Shown here: in pieces, positions 37,736 through 51,087 of the stretch
Layout of the letters: the number at the start of each line of letters is the position of its first letter
Position numbering within the stretch: the first letter of the stretch is position 1
Source of the DNA: the human T2T-CHM13v2.0 reference genome, Homo sapiens
Length of the DNA stretch: 64,000 bases
Assembly (NCBI RefSeq): GCF_009914755.1
Contig: NC_060932.1
Strand: one strand, 5' to 3'
Translations under genes and position numbers: made by a program
The notes under the pieces: model-generated
Database searches by the model: none
What the model was told of the DNA's origin: nothing
The model's input: only the letters and a program-made list of their open reading frames with translations

Positions 37736-39247
37736 CATGCATAAAAGTCATTCGCAGTCATGTCTATGCTCAAACCCATTAAAACATTTTTGTGTCCCTG
37801 TTTCAGTGTCCGTATTAAATGGCTTGGACTTTACTCTTGGCTCCAAGCATCTTAGATTTGTGGTCACCAGTTACACTTCGGCTTTGTAGACGTCTATCAT
37901 TGTCAACATAAGTTTTTACATAAGTGCTGTCATTAAAGTAGTCTAACTTACTGTATATTAGAATATATGATATTTCTGCAAATATTTATATTTTCTATGG
38001 CGTTCATTATTAATATAGAAATTAAATAAAACATGCCCAGTAATTTATCATCCCTCTCTTGGGTTGTGTACCTAGGAATGATCAGATAACAATTGACTGC
38101 TTAATTTAAATAAAACAATGCACTATTCTCAGCAGGAATTAACATTATTTGGAAGGTTTGATTCATGGTTTTTGCATTGTATTGGTGTCACGCTGTTGCA
38201 CTGGACAAGACCTTAAAAAAACTCTTGGAGGCTGAGATTCAATTACTCTCAATCAAATTGTAAGGAAAAACCATAACTTATCTAAAACATTTTTTATTAT
38301 CAACTGTTTTCATTAATGCTTTGTGTTTGTTTTATAAAAAGCACTAGAACAAAATAATAACAGCCTTCATAGACAGTGGCACACAAAAATAGTTTTTCCT
38401 CATGAAGCAATAATCGCATATAGCAAATTGAATATACTTCCACAGCAAGGAATGTTGAGGCCACATGGTCAGAAAACAGTTCCATGTTACGACGCACATT
38501 TAAGATGTTTATAAGGATCAACTTCTTAAAAATTTTACCAAGAGTGAAATCTATGGAATAGACGTTTTGTAAAGATGGATGCTATCAGTGTGTGTTTTGA
38601 GACCACTTTTTCTCAATTGTCCAATTGTGTGATTATGTGATGACATTCTCTAAACATAAAGCGCTTTTGCTGGTGGTTTCGGCCTGATGAGCTCTATTTT
38701 CTTGAAACAGAAGATGAGTGCATTAAGAACTGTAGCTTCAACTTATCAAACTAGCAAATTGATTTTCTGTTTTCCATTTCAAATCAGAGTCACAGTGATT
38801 TGGAGTCATCCGTCCCCTGTAAGTCTCTTCTTCCTGCTCTAAATATTAATGTAATAAGATATCTAGGTTCCTTACCTATGAATGTGTTAGGACTTTATCT
38901 GGTTTACTGTTAGGATGAGATAAAATATTTTTCTACTTAAAGTCTGTTGTTATCACTTATAAGAGATTTTACATGTGGACTATTTATTTAATGGCCCTAC
39001 TAATGTTTTCCATCAAATATCTAAAGCCAAGGACGCTCGTCTTCTCACTGTTGGACTTCCGGGTAGGACGCTGGAAACAGCCGTCGGATAGGCCGTTGGT
39101 CACCGTCTTCCAGCTCCTCCACAAAGCAGGTTCCAGAGCTGCATCCCCTGCCATAATAGCCCGGGAATCGGCAGCCAGCACCGTTGCCATGCTGAGTTTT
39201 CACGGCTCATTCCACTGAGGAGGCCTCGCCAGCAGAGAGGGGCACCT

Positions 39248-39365
39248 GAGTCAGGCTCATTTGGGCTTGAATCCTGATTCTTACTTCAAGGATTTGGGCA
39301 CAATATTTAATCTCTATGGATCTCTGCTTCTCAATCTTCAGATGTCAGGAATAATAATACCTGGC
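39248..39365 (+). mobile_element. MIR fragment
   Basis: GAGTCAGG...TTGAATCCTGATTC...TTGGGCACAATATTTAATCTCT...ATAATAATACCT. Confidence 0.6.
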
Positions 39366-40124
39366 CAGCTAAAGAAAAGAGTGGGTTGGATTGTGGTCAC
39401 CTTGGTGTGCCCTGGGGGGTGTTGAGATGCAGGAAGCTGCTCCTTATGGAGGCAGCTCAGGGAGTTGAGAGCAGAGAGGGCTTGGTAGCTCCCAGGTAGC
39501 AATATTTCACCACTGAGTAAGCATTCAGTTGTATGACTTCCTCAGGCAATTCAGTGTAACACTGGAGGGCTTTTAGAGAAAAATGTAATTCTCGTTTTAG
39601 GAAAAAATACCCGTTTGTTCCTGGTTATAACTTTTGATCAAACGACCTCAGTTGAGTGTGTTGTGTGGCATAGTTTTACAAGGGCCTGGTCACGTGGGCC
39701 TCTCCACTCGTGGCATCTGTGGCCCCTCTAACGCATCCCATAGTTTCACATAACTGTTCCGTGCATGTGGTGGAGGGTGGAATTCCTCCAGCTCTGTGTG
39801 TCCTCTGTCCTGGTTTACCTCAGCCTTCTCCCATTTTTCCCATCTCTTTTTCCTAGTTTGCTTATTTACATGTCTTAATTTTGGAACTTTTTTTCATGTT
39901 TTGGAACTGTGTTTCAAAGAGCCATTCTTTAGTCTCTTGTTTGCTGTAGAACTATTAAAGAAAATTTTATTTTTCCCCTAAGCCAGCAGGACTCCAACTA
40001 ATGACTTCCAAAATGTGTGTAATGAAACACAGCTCCGGTTGAAAGGTGCCAGGACACCGGCACACCCGTGCCAAAATGTGGATTTATACAGGGATGCGTT
40101 AGCACTGTGCTGCTGTCAGCATCA

Positions 40125-40320
40125 GCTCTGGAGTCAGACTGAGCTGGATTTGAATTCTGACCCTGCCAGATCATCGCTCCAGAAGTTTCTTAATTTTGAT
40201 CTCAGTTTCTTCAGTTGTAAAATGGGAATTCCAGCACTTACATCAGACCAGCTGCAATGAGTACATGCAACTGTGCCCCTGAATTTCTAATTGTACCTGG
40301 TAGGTAACTTAGTAAATAGC
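40125..40320 (+). mobile_element. MIR SINE
   Basis: GCTCTGGAGTCAGACTGAGCTGGATTTGAATTCTGACCCTGCCA...CTCAGTTTCTTCAGTTGTAAAATGGGAAT. Confidence 0.75.
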
Positions 40321-40652
40321 ATTTCCCCCTTAATCCTCTACCTGCATTTTCTGGTGAATACAACCCAAATAGGGAGGTGAGAATTTCCTAACGATAAATC
40401 ACCTCGAAGAGACAGAGACAGACCGTGTTCGTTAGTTTTCGTTAACCCCAAGAACTCATGGACCCACCAGAATAATCCACACCCGCAGTTTGAGGAACTA
40501 CTGTGAGATACATATTTTTCTGCATGAAAATGAGTTGTAAAATTATTACTGCAGAGTTTTACCTTTGAAACCTGTGAAACCTTTCAGTGTGAGAATACTT
40601 TTTACCCTAGGACACACAGTTCCCTTGAGATATGCATCGGTTACTACACGTA

Positions 40653-40801
40653 GAAGTTAGCTGCCTGTATTAACATAGGTTATTAAGAAACAGGAGTTTT
40701 AGCACAGGTAAATTTAATTACCTACATTGAAGTTAGCCATCTGTATTAACAGGTTATTAAGAAACAGGAGTTTTAACACAGGAAAATTTGAATTACATAC
40801 A
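40653..40801. repeat. Tandem duplication, ~76 bp x 2
   Basis: GAAGTTAGC...TGTATTAACA(TA)GGTTATTAAGAAACAGGAGTTTTARCACAGG at 40653 and 40729. Confidence 0.9.
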
Positions 40802-41574
40802 GTTCATGTTAATCCAAACATTCAAATGCTGCACGTATTTTCCATTTTACTAAATCATTATTCACATTAGGGTTATGCACACAAGGGCTAAGTCTTTAAT
40901 TGATAATTCTTTCCTTCTATGGATATAAATGGCATTGCCTAAGAATTCAGCTCTTCGTTTGTTGTCTCTCTAACTTACTGGCTGTGCTATCTCTTGATTT
41001 CTTATGTCTATCTATGGAAGAAGATTAGAAACCTCTATTCTAAACACCGACAAAGTCTTTCTGGAGAATGTAAGCAGGGACCAGGCAAACAAGAAAACCT
41101 CCGGTGTAATTTTCTCTGAATTAGATTTGTTTGCGAACAGCTTGTGGCCTTTCATCTTTGAGAATTGTGACTATGTTCATTGATACTAACACCAGAGGTT
41201 AAAATGTGTTACCAAGAGAACAAAAGGGAGATAATCTTTAGTTCAATGTAGCAAAACAAAGTACTTGTTGAAGCTTTGATGTTTAAGGCTGGAGAAATAA
41301 AAAAAAAAGAGGTTGCATTTCTGGCTCTTATTTTCCAGTTCTTAAATCCTTCATTTTACATTAGGACCCAGAGACATCAAGCTGCATAAACAAGAAAACT
41401 TGTTTTGCTTTATTTGTGGCTCTACATGAACCTAAGATTATGGGAAAACATTCTATCAATAGTCTGCTTCTGGTGAACTTAACAGTTTTGAGAAGAAAAG
41501 ATATTACCCTGCTCTGCCAAATTCCCCGAGTGAGGATCACATGGGGTTGCATGCGAGTGTATTCCCACAGGGGG

Positions 41575-41659
41575 CTTGGCTGGATTGACTAGCGGCGGGT
41601 CTGGGGGCGCGGCCGGATTGACTAGCGGCGGGTCTGGGGGTGTGGCCGGATTGACTAGC
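41575..41659. repeat. 33-bp tandem repeat x ~2.5
   Basis: GGATTGACTAGC at 41582, 41615 and 41648. Confidence 0.9.
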
Positions 41660-43599
41660 AGTGAGTCTTAATTTCAGCATTTTGCTAAAGACCTTCTTTT
41701 GGAGATGTTGCTTTACAAATAGATAATCACTCACTTGGCACTGAGAGAATAAGCCCGAATTTCTGTAGGAACCCAGCACCTGCCACGGCTCCGACGGGCG
41801 ACCTGACTGCTGCAGGCCATGCTCTGCTGTGAGATGCGGTGTGATATGGGTTCAAAGTTTTGCATCGTCCAGTTCAATCATCAATAGAACTCTAAGGGTG
41901 GCTTCTAATACCTGCCCATGCACCCATTCTCAGGTCAGCCTCGAGGGGCCATGCAACAACGTAGCTGGCTAATGTGGTTCAGCAATGGGGAGCACTGTGT
42001 TGGCAAAGAGGAGATCAACTTGGAGGGAGCAGGGGGAAGCCTGGCTCATCACGGCTGGTTAAAATCCAAGTTTCTAGCCATCTACCAAGTAGGTTGTTTA
42101 ACCTGTTGTCATGTATGTGGTTGGTAAATTAGAGTTGTGGTTGTCACCTCTTAAGACAGATTGGCCTTATATTATATGGACAAGCTACAAAGATCAAGTG
42201 ATCTTAAAAGTGATATTTGAGGCCCACCCCAGATTATTGGATTAGGAATCAGGAAACACCTTGTGGTGTGACTTCATGTGAGTTCCTGGACACCTGTGCG
42301 TGCTCGTTGCCCTTGATGGCCACACCCACCTGTGCCTACCTCAAAAGACCTCATCAAAACTGGTGTTAGAAGCTTGAGGTGGAATGCAATTCAGCAAACC
42401 TTTATTTAGCATCTCAGGGCTGTACCTTGGGCTGGATGTTGGCCATAGCAGCGTCTGCTTCTGAGAAGACATAAACGGAAGTCTCCAGGGCTCCCCCCAT
42501 GTGTCCATGTGTCCATGGGTAAACCTCAGGTTCGCCCATCTCTCTGTGTCCAGTGGGAGTCCTAAAGCCAGCAGTGCTGCTCTCTGCTCTGGGGCTCTGT
42601 GACAGCTCTCTTTGGGCCCTGGATCCTCTTGGCTTCACTTATAGGGAGAGGCTCCATCACCAGCTGGGCCTCATCCCCTGCCCACTCACCCCTCGGGGTC
42701 CCAGCATACTCCATCCCCGAGGGCCTCCTGGGACCCCTGCATCCCCTGGGTATGGACTCTCCCTGCCTTCTCCGTGGAGAAGGCATGAGGGGTGGCATAT
42801 TCCTTAGGAACACAGCTCTGGAGCCGCACTCCTGAGCCCGAAGGCTTGGGCTCCTCCCTCAGCTCTGTGCCTCAGTTTCTCCCTCCATGAGACAGAGACC
42901 CCAGGAGCTCCAGCCTCGGGCTGCAAGAGGATTGAATGAGCAGAGCACGTGGTGTGTGGCGAGTGTGGGCTGTTCAGTGCCCATTGCCTCCCCTCCATTA
43001 GGCTGTGAGCTTCCCGGAGGCAGGGGTGTGTTCATGGCTTTTGTTCTGGTTTGCTCCCTCCTGTGTCCCCACCACTTCACAAATGCCTGGTGAATGCTTG
43101 TGGGTAGATATGCTGTGGTCAGCCTCCTTGGACCAAGGCGCCCTCTTTGCTGTGGGAAGGCTGAGGGGCGTGAGGCAGGTGAGGGAATTCCACGTCTGTG
43201 CAGGCGCAGTGGTGACCGCAGGAACCACCAGGACAGACAGAGACACGCCTCTTGGGAAGGCAGCCAGGCAGTGGGACCGACCATATGGGGCAGTGCAGAG
43301 AGTCGGGGGCGGTCGCGATGCAAATCGCATTCTGTGTGGCCCCGGGGGCATGGATCGGGGGTATTCACAGCTGGTGGTTTTGAAGTATGAGTGGGCTCCA
43401 GAGGGCCAGAAAAATGGTAGCTGGGACGTCTTGACAGCAAGCAAGTGGTCGCCGGGATGGCTGGGTGAACTGGAAGTGGAATCTCAGGACCTGAGTCTGG
43501 GGCTTCAAGTTCCTCCACAGGGTCAGATGCGAACTGTTCCCAGGGTCAGATGTGAACCACGGAGTGGGTGCTTGGAAAAGCCTCAGGGCGTGCGTGGCT

Positions 43600-44118
43600 G
43601 CATCCGTTTCCCGTGGCCACCGTCATGAAGACCACAGACTGGGTGGCTGAAGGTAACAGAAATGTACTGTCTCGCAGTTCTGGAGGCCAGAAGCCCGAAA
43701 CCAAGGTGGTGAGTGCTTGTGGATAGATCCCCTCCCAAGGCGGGCTCCCTCTGGAGGCCCTGAGGGCGTTGGTCCCTCCGCTGAGTGCTTGTGGATAGAT
43801 ACCCTCCCAAGGCGGGCTCCCTCTGGAGGCCCTGAGGGCGTTGGTCCCTCCGCTGTGTCCTTGCTGTGTCCTTGGTGATCCAGGCCCATGGAAGCGCGTC
43901 ACCGACCCCTGCCCCTGCTTCACACGGCCCCCTCTCTCTGTGGGTCTCTGTGTCCTGAGCGTCTCTTCTTAAAAGGATGCCTGTCATCAGATTTAGGGCC
44001 TGCTCTAATCCAGGATGACCTCACCTCAAGGTCCTTAATTAATCACATCCGTAAAGACCTCATTCCCGAGTAAGATCACATTCTGAAGATCCCAGTGGCC
44101 CTACATTTTGGGGGATGA
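43600..44118 (-). mobile_element. MaLR solo LTR (MLT1B-like) containing a 72-bp tandem duplication (43710-43853)
   Basis: CCACAGACTGGGTGGCTGAAGGTAACAGAAATGTACTGTCTCGCAGTTCTGGAGGCCAGAAG...ATTTAGGGCC...TAATCCAGGATGACCTCACCTCAAG. Confidence 0.85.
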
Positions 44119-47100
44119 TGTTCATCCCGTAACTCCTGGTGATGGTGGTGTCCTCACTGAATGACTGCCCCACATTTCAGGGCATCCTGTGGGCTGCCTT
44201 TTCCTCAGAGAGGGGCCTGCGGGTTCCACATGCTGACCTCCCTGTGGGCCTGGGAGGAGGCAGGAGGCCACAGCCAGGGCAGCCTGGGATGCTGTTGAGG
44301 AAGAGGAGGTGGGCTCTGCCCCCTCACAGTCAAGGGATCTTAGGGAAGGGAGACTTACTTGCATTCTGAGTGTGTCTCCCAGCCTTCAATGTGTTGATAT
44401 TTCGATGTTGTGTAATAAACACAGGCATTGGTGAACCATGGATACTTCTCTATGTTGGGCAACCATGGCAGTTCCCCCACGTGGGCAGAGGAACGAATTC
44501 CCTGATGCACCCTACACCTTTCCAGCATGAAGAACCCATCCACCAGGTCTGTTTTCCAGGAAGATTCTCATCTGATTTGGTAGACCTGGCGCTGTCCTTT
44601 GCCAGCCAGCCTTGTTCGTGGTGAGCCATTCTGTGGAATCGTCGCCCATCCCTCGTGAACTCTTTGGGTCACTGGAATAGTTGCGGGGAAATTTTAGAAG
44701 ATTTTATGATGAAAATATGCCCGAACACCTGCCTTACTCTCTCCAATGTAGGCCCAACTGTGGTTTCTACCATCAGCTTTCTTTGTAGGCCTGGGCGGTG
44801 TGGAAGCTGAAATGTGTGTAGAAATGAGTCCCAGCTCATCGGCTCATCCACGTGTTCGTTGAGGGAAAACCACGCTGCCAGTTAGAATTTACAGTTATAA
44901 CTCTGCAGCCCATGAGCTGTGGAAGGATCCCGTGACCCCTTCTTATTTGCATCCCCCCCTCCAGCCATGTATTTTGTTTGGGGTAAGACGTGTGTGGACT
45001 CGGGTGGAGCAGAGCTGGAGTCTCGCTACTCCCAAGAGCAGCAGCAGCAGAAACGCCCCAAACTGTTGCTGTCACAGAGAGCGAGCGTCCCTGTGGTGTT
45101 TTCCAGGGAGCCGGGGCCCAGGTGAGTGGCACGTTGTGCTACAGAATCAGCGAGCTCCACACTGCTTCCCTTCCCTCTCCCTCCCCGGTGAGGACTTTCT
45201 CGGAGGTTGCACTGAGCCATTTCCGTGGAGGGCTTTCCTCCTCCTCTGTAACTTTTCAGACACCAGGGAGCACGAGACGTCGCTGGGAGGAGCTGCTCTG
45301 TGTGGACGGGGCCCCTCCGAGCACCCTGCCCACTCACTCTTATAAAGACCCATGTCGTCAGCACTGTGACGCTCCCTAGGAAGTTGCCCATTTATGGCTA
45401 CTAGAGCAAATGATATCATCACAATAGGTGGCTCCTGTCTAAATAGGGATCATTTGTGAAATGAGATTATAGACATTTATCTGAAAAAAAAAAACAGGAG
45501 ATAGAGGCACCTGCTTTCTGTAATTGATATCCTGGAGGAGAGCCGTGCATGGTAATTAAAGTGTCCATCTCCATGGCTAACTCTGTTACAAGGAAGGAGC
45601 TTGCCTCTCCTGCTCTGCACCAAGCAGCCCCCACATCCACATGGAGTCGACTCCAGATCCATGTTTTCTATTATGCTTGACTATATGGGCCATGCATCGC
45701 AGTCCTGTGCCTGCCACGCTGCTGCAGTGCCTGGTTTGCAGAGCTCCGTGGCAGCCTGGTCCGGGCTGTGGCTGACTGGAGCCTCGGAGGCACACTCGGT
45801 CGTCTTGGCCTGCTTCTCTCGCAAGGATGTGGAAGCTTCCCTGAGTGTAGGTCTCCCCGTCCACCCAGACGCCTCCTGCGCTCGGCGTTTGGATGCTGCA
45901 GACGGAGTGGCAGGAGGCTCTCCTCGGTAAGTCAAGGATGACTCATTTCTGACTTTCTGTACCTGGAACGTCCACTTCCCCTGGTGCGGTGGCATCAGGT
46001 AGACAGTAGCCAGCTGGTAGCACTCAACTAGTTAATCCCAATAGCCGCTTTCCCTCGATACTTTGCAGCATGTTTTTCCCTTGCCCTCCCTCCCTCCTGG
46101 CCATAGGTCTTGCCTTTCTTATAAGTAAAGCACTCATCTCTTGATAGTCGTTGTGATAGCAGCTGGGGGTAGTTGGGGGGAGACTAGTATGACTGTAATC
46201 CAGGGAGCATCTTAATTGCCAGGAGGCTTTGGGGGAAAAGCTCTTGCACAGCTGTCCAGAACTACGGTGCTGTAATTCTAAGGAGGCAAGTTCAGTCTTC
46301 AGCTATAACCATTTTCCCAATAATCACCGAGTACTGGAGCAATTTGTAACGCAGGAGCTGTTCCAGCTTATTCTCCATTTGCTATAGCAAAGATGCAGCA
46401 GCCGGGCTGCTGGTTTCAGTACTCCTTTGGGAATGAGTAAATCCAGGGACCTGCAGCTATTAAGACCTGTGTTTTTCTATGCAAGCAATGGAGTGAGAAG
46501 CCTGTGGAAACGGCTTCCTTTGTAATGCTGAGTGCAGTGAAAGATTGGGTGCCTCTTATCAGCTGCATTAAATAGGATAAAAAGAAAAGAGGGAAGATGT
46601 TTGACTGATACGCCGCAAAGTGCTGCCATATATTTGTCATTAAGACCAACAACCTCTTCAAAAGCAGAGATTCCAAGATTTAGCTGACCAAGTGGACTGT
46701 CCTCTGTTCTGTCTGAAGAGACAGTGTTTTAAGTGTGATGGGAATTGCTGAGATTTTAGAGGAAGCATGCTTCTGAGTGCACACATTTTGACAAGGGTCT
46801 CTGCGATCCCCGAGGTCTCGGGGTTGTACCGTCCACAAAGGGCCTTAGCAGTGGGGAACTTTGTAACAAGTGACGGGCACCTGTGCAATCCACAAGACGA
46901 TGGTCCAGTGTGTTTTGGGAGGGTTTTTCTTTTCGTGCTTCTTGCCTTAGTATACTGGCTTTTTTTTTTTTTTTTGCTTTTGCTTTACCTCGTGCAAAAA
47001 TATGCACCTCTTTAAATGGTATTGTCTAGCCTCTTTCTGATGAAATAGAATGTCAGTAAAAGGATGTATTAGCTTAGGCATCTAGGTAATTGCTAGCTTT

Positions 47101-49493
47101 AAAAGTTCCTGTTATCAATGACCAAAATATCTTACATTAAAATGTTATACTCTGTACAGGACTGAGCATGGCCAATAGGAAGATGTTATTGGTTTCTGCA
47201 TATTTAGGTGGGTATCGACTATTTCATTCATAATTTTGTTCCCAGAGCTCGGTGCCTCTCCACACGGAGGTTTAGTGTTAAAATGGTGTCTGTTGTGGCC
47301 TTTAATTTGCTCATGAAGCAGAGCAAGTCAGTGGGACTCTCTCCAGCTTGGTGAATCACACTTGCTGTTTAGCAACAAGTGCTGGCCTCCGCAGCCAGGG
47401 TCGTCTGCCATGCATGCCATTCATACATTTATACGCAGGATGACATGGTTCTCCAGAAGAGCAGTTAGGAGATGCCAGCCTTTAACGGGGTTTGCAGCCC
47501 AGGGCAGAGAGTTTCACTGGGAACAACTGCAGCTATGGGAAAGCTTTAGGTCATGGGGACAATCCAATGGCTGGTGGGGCGGTGTGGGACTATTTTACTA
47601 AGTTTAATTCTTGCTCCCAATTTGCAACAATTACTCAACAGTAAGTACCTGCAAGTAATGAATATTGCTTTTTTAAGCCAAGTCAACTTATTTATGGTTA
47701 AAACAAAACTGGATAACCAGAAAATAAGTTGTGTGTATATACAGTGTTCAGATTGGAAAAATATAGCTGCAAGAGGTACACACAATTCCTCAAATATGTC
47801 AGGCAACCTGTTTCATACAACCAAACCAGGGTGCTGTTTGGGGATGTTGTATATTTGATGGATATATAACAAATGTGATTTCACCAGCATTAATAACTTC
47901 AAACCAAATGCATTAATAACTTCAAACCAGCATTAATGACATCCACTCAAATGTTATTTAACTGGCATTGATAACCTCAAAACCACCTGCAGTTGTTGTT
48001 TTCTAAGGCAATATCTGTTTTACTTAAACACTATTTAATTTGATGGCTTTCTTTTTTCTTCAACAAGGAGGTCTTTAGTAAATTTGACATTCTCTAAAAT
48101 ATTCGCTGTCAACACGGGCTGAATGTGACCTCTCCACGTAGTCAACACATAAAAATTAAGCTCTGCCAATTATATATAACATTTTAAGTGAGTATTTCCT
48201 CTCTCCTTTTATCCTGCTGCATGCGGCAGAGGGACAAATGCTTATTAGGAAGACAAGCGTGGTCCGTTTCACCCCCCTCCACCCTGACATGCACACACCT
48301 GGCCCCTGCACACACCTAATGTGGAGAATCCGTTTAAGGAACAGTGAAGGGTGGGTGCATGGAAGAGCATTGCGGTATCATGAGAGGTGTAGAAAGGTGG
48401 TTTGAAAGGCATGCTGTGCATTCACAGTTTGTTGCTGTGTGAGTCTGGAGATACAGCCAGACACCTCCACACAGTGGCTGATTCCCACCCACCAAACAGC
48501 GTGCCCAGGGGATTTCTGAGAAAATATGTCTCCACGCACCAGGGCGCCTGCCTTTATTCACTCTCTCAGTTTAAAATACAGAGTTATTCACCCCTGAGCT
48601 TCTGTGCACACAACCCAGTGTTCGCTGAAGCTGTGTCTAAACCTCTGACTCAGTAAGGTCTTTTTAAAGATACAGCCATTGCCAGGAATTTGATTATTAG
48701 GTCATGATTTTATTCAAGATTATTTCAAGATAACAACTGGCAGTAAAATTCGCATTTTTCATATGACTAGCATCAGGAAAAAAGTCATCACATTTTCATT
48801 TAGAGAACAGTTATTGTGAAATGACTTTCCTGACCACACATCTTTGTTAAAACAGCACTGTATTCAGTAGAGACTGAAAGCACATATTCATGCTGGAGTC
48901 GACAGTTTCTGTCTCTTATCACACAACACGGAGCGTTTTGCTTGTAACTCTGTGGTTGGGGAGTACAACATCCTCTAAACCAGTGACCTCTGTAAAATGT
49001 GGCTCTGTGCCTTAAGAATGACATTGTTAATTATGAAATGTTTAAAAGATGCCCGTGTGCTTCCTTTCTTATGGGATCATCAGAGACTTTTATGCTCGTC
49101 TTCCTTCCAATTCGATACTCTCCTGAGATTCATCTGTGCTGAACGTCGGCACTTCTGGTTATCCCATTTAAGTACATCGTTTGCTCCTTGTGGGGGCAGT
49201 TCAGAGACAGAATCCTGACTGTCGAAGCCCCCAAATAGTTCTGTAGGATGGTCTGTCTGTAGGGATGGCCTGGGTCCCAGGAATTCCGGGAAATCTTTCC
49301 TAGCTATTTGCTTTCGAGTTGTCATTCTCCCGCGTGGTCTGTGGGGAGAATGCTCTGGGCCTGACTTGAGTGTCAGGAGCCCTCAGAGGAGACACTGCCG
49401 AGCTGGACACTGTCCAGCCTGAGCGTGGCCACGTCGTGGTGGTGTCCAGGCTGTGCAGTTGCTGGGGCTAGGTCCGCTCGCTGGCTTGTGGGG

Positions 49494-50160
49494 CAGGTCT
49501 GAGCGAGGACAGTTCCCCACAACGGTCAGGTCTGAGTGAGGGCAGCTCCCCACCACGGTCAGGTCTGAGCGAGGACAGCTCCCCACCACAGTCAGGTATG
49601 AGCGAGGACAGTTCCCCACCACGGTCAGGTCTGAGTGAGGACAGTTCTCCACCATGGTCAGGTCTGAGCGAGGGCAGCTCCCCACCACGGTCAGGTCTGA
49701 GCGAGGACAGCTCCCCACCACGGTCAGGTCTGAGCGAGGACAGCTCCCCACCATGGGCAGGTCTGAGCGAGGGCAGCTCCTCACCACGGTCAGGTCTGAG
49801 TGAGGACAGTTCCCCACCAGGATCAGGTCTGAGTGAGGACAGTTCCCCACCACGGTCAGGTCTGAGTGAGGGCAGCTCCCCACCTTGGGCAGGTCTGGGT
49901 GAGGACATGAGGACAGAGCCCCACCACGGTCAGGTCTGAGTGAGGACAGTTCCCCACCACGGTCAGGTCTGAGTGAGGGCAGTTCCCTACCACGGTCAGG
50001 TCTGAGTGAGGGCAGCTCCCCACCATGGTCAGGTCTGAGTGAGGGCAGCTCCCCACCACGGTCAGGTCTGAGTGAGGACAGTTCCCCACCATGGGCAGGT
50101 CTGAGTGAGGACAGTTCCCCACCATGGTCAAGTCTGAGTGAGGAGGGCAGCTCCACCACG
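49494..50160. repeat. 33-bp VNTR (~20 copies)
   Basis: Unit CAGGTCTGAGYGAGGRCAGYTCCCCACCACGGT; one disrupted unit near 49895-49920. Confidence 0.97.
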
Positions 50161-51037
50161 ACTGGCCTGTCTTTGTCCTTGGCCTCCACACGCGGCACCT
50201 CCGTCCCTGCTGTCTGGATGGCAAAGCTGTGCTTGTAGGGCAGGTCTTCATGGTGAAAAAGACCCTGATGGGACGTGGGAGAGCTGCGGCCCAGTATAGT
50301 CTCAGTCCCAATTTCTTCTTAAGTCACCGTCAGAGCCCACGATACCCATTGCCTCGGACCTCAGGGGCTTCCTGGTCGCAGCAGGCGGCCCAGTGGCTTC
50401 TGCCGCATCCCCAGCCCAAGCTGCCTGGGCCCCCCTGATGCCCGACTCTGACTGGTGGTGTTTGGTTTGCTGCAGAGAGGGGTTGGTCTCCTTCCCTCCT
50501 TCAGGTTCCGTCTGATCCCAGGTGGGTGGGTGGCTCTGACCCAGCCTCTCCGCACAGCCCCCTCTGTGATCTTCCCATTCTTCTGTGACCAGGGCTGTGG
50601 CCACGTTGTCCATGTGCCCTGTACCTCGTGCTGCTGGCCTGGATCCAAGTCCCATCTGACCCCCAGTTCCTGGGCTTCCTCCCTGTTCTTCAAGGAGAGA
50701 CTGAGAAGGCTGAAGGGTATGCTCTGGTCAGGAGGTTCTACCCTCCTAGCGCTTTTGCTTTGGGTTTTCTGACCTGTTGGTGTTCCCGCTGTGGTGCCTA
50801 CCCAGCAGGGGCCCTGCCTGTAGGAGCATCACCTGGTGCCTGGGAAGCTGCAGGCTCCTGAGTGTACTTGGGAGGTCAGAGGCTTCCTGGGAGGGGGCCA
50901 CGCTGAGGAAGCCCGTGTGGGAAGACTGTCTCAGCCGTGCCGTCCTCCACACGGGGCTATGCCCGGCCCACGCACGCCTGGGCAACCATTTCCATGCCCA
51001 TTTTCCAGATGGGAAAACCAAGACTCAGGTGGTTGAG

Positions 51038-51041
<4 letters not shown>

Positions 51042-51084
<43 letters not shown>
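51042..51084. repeat. (GT)~21 microsatellite
   Basis: Perfect GT run at the 3' (tail) end of the adjacent L1. Confidence 0.98.
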
Positions 51085-51085
<1 letters not shown>

Positions 51086-51087
51086 CT

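Noticed and set aside
49383-50198. 271-aa ORF with GGELSSLRPDR repeats
   Set aside because: Derived from the 33-bp VNTR.
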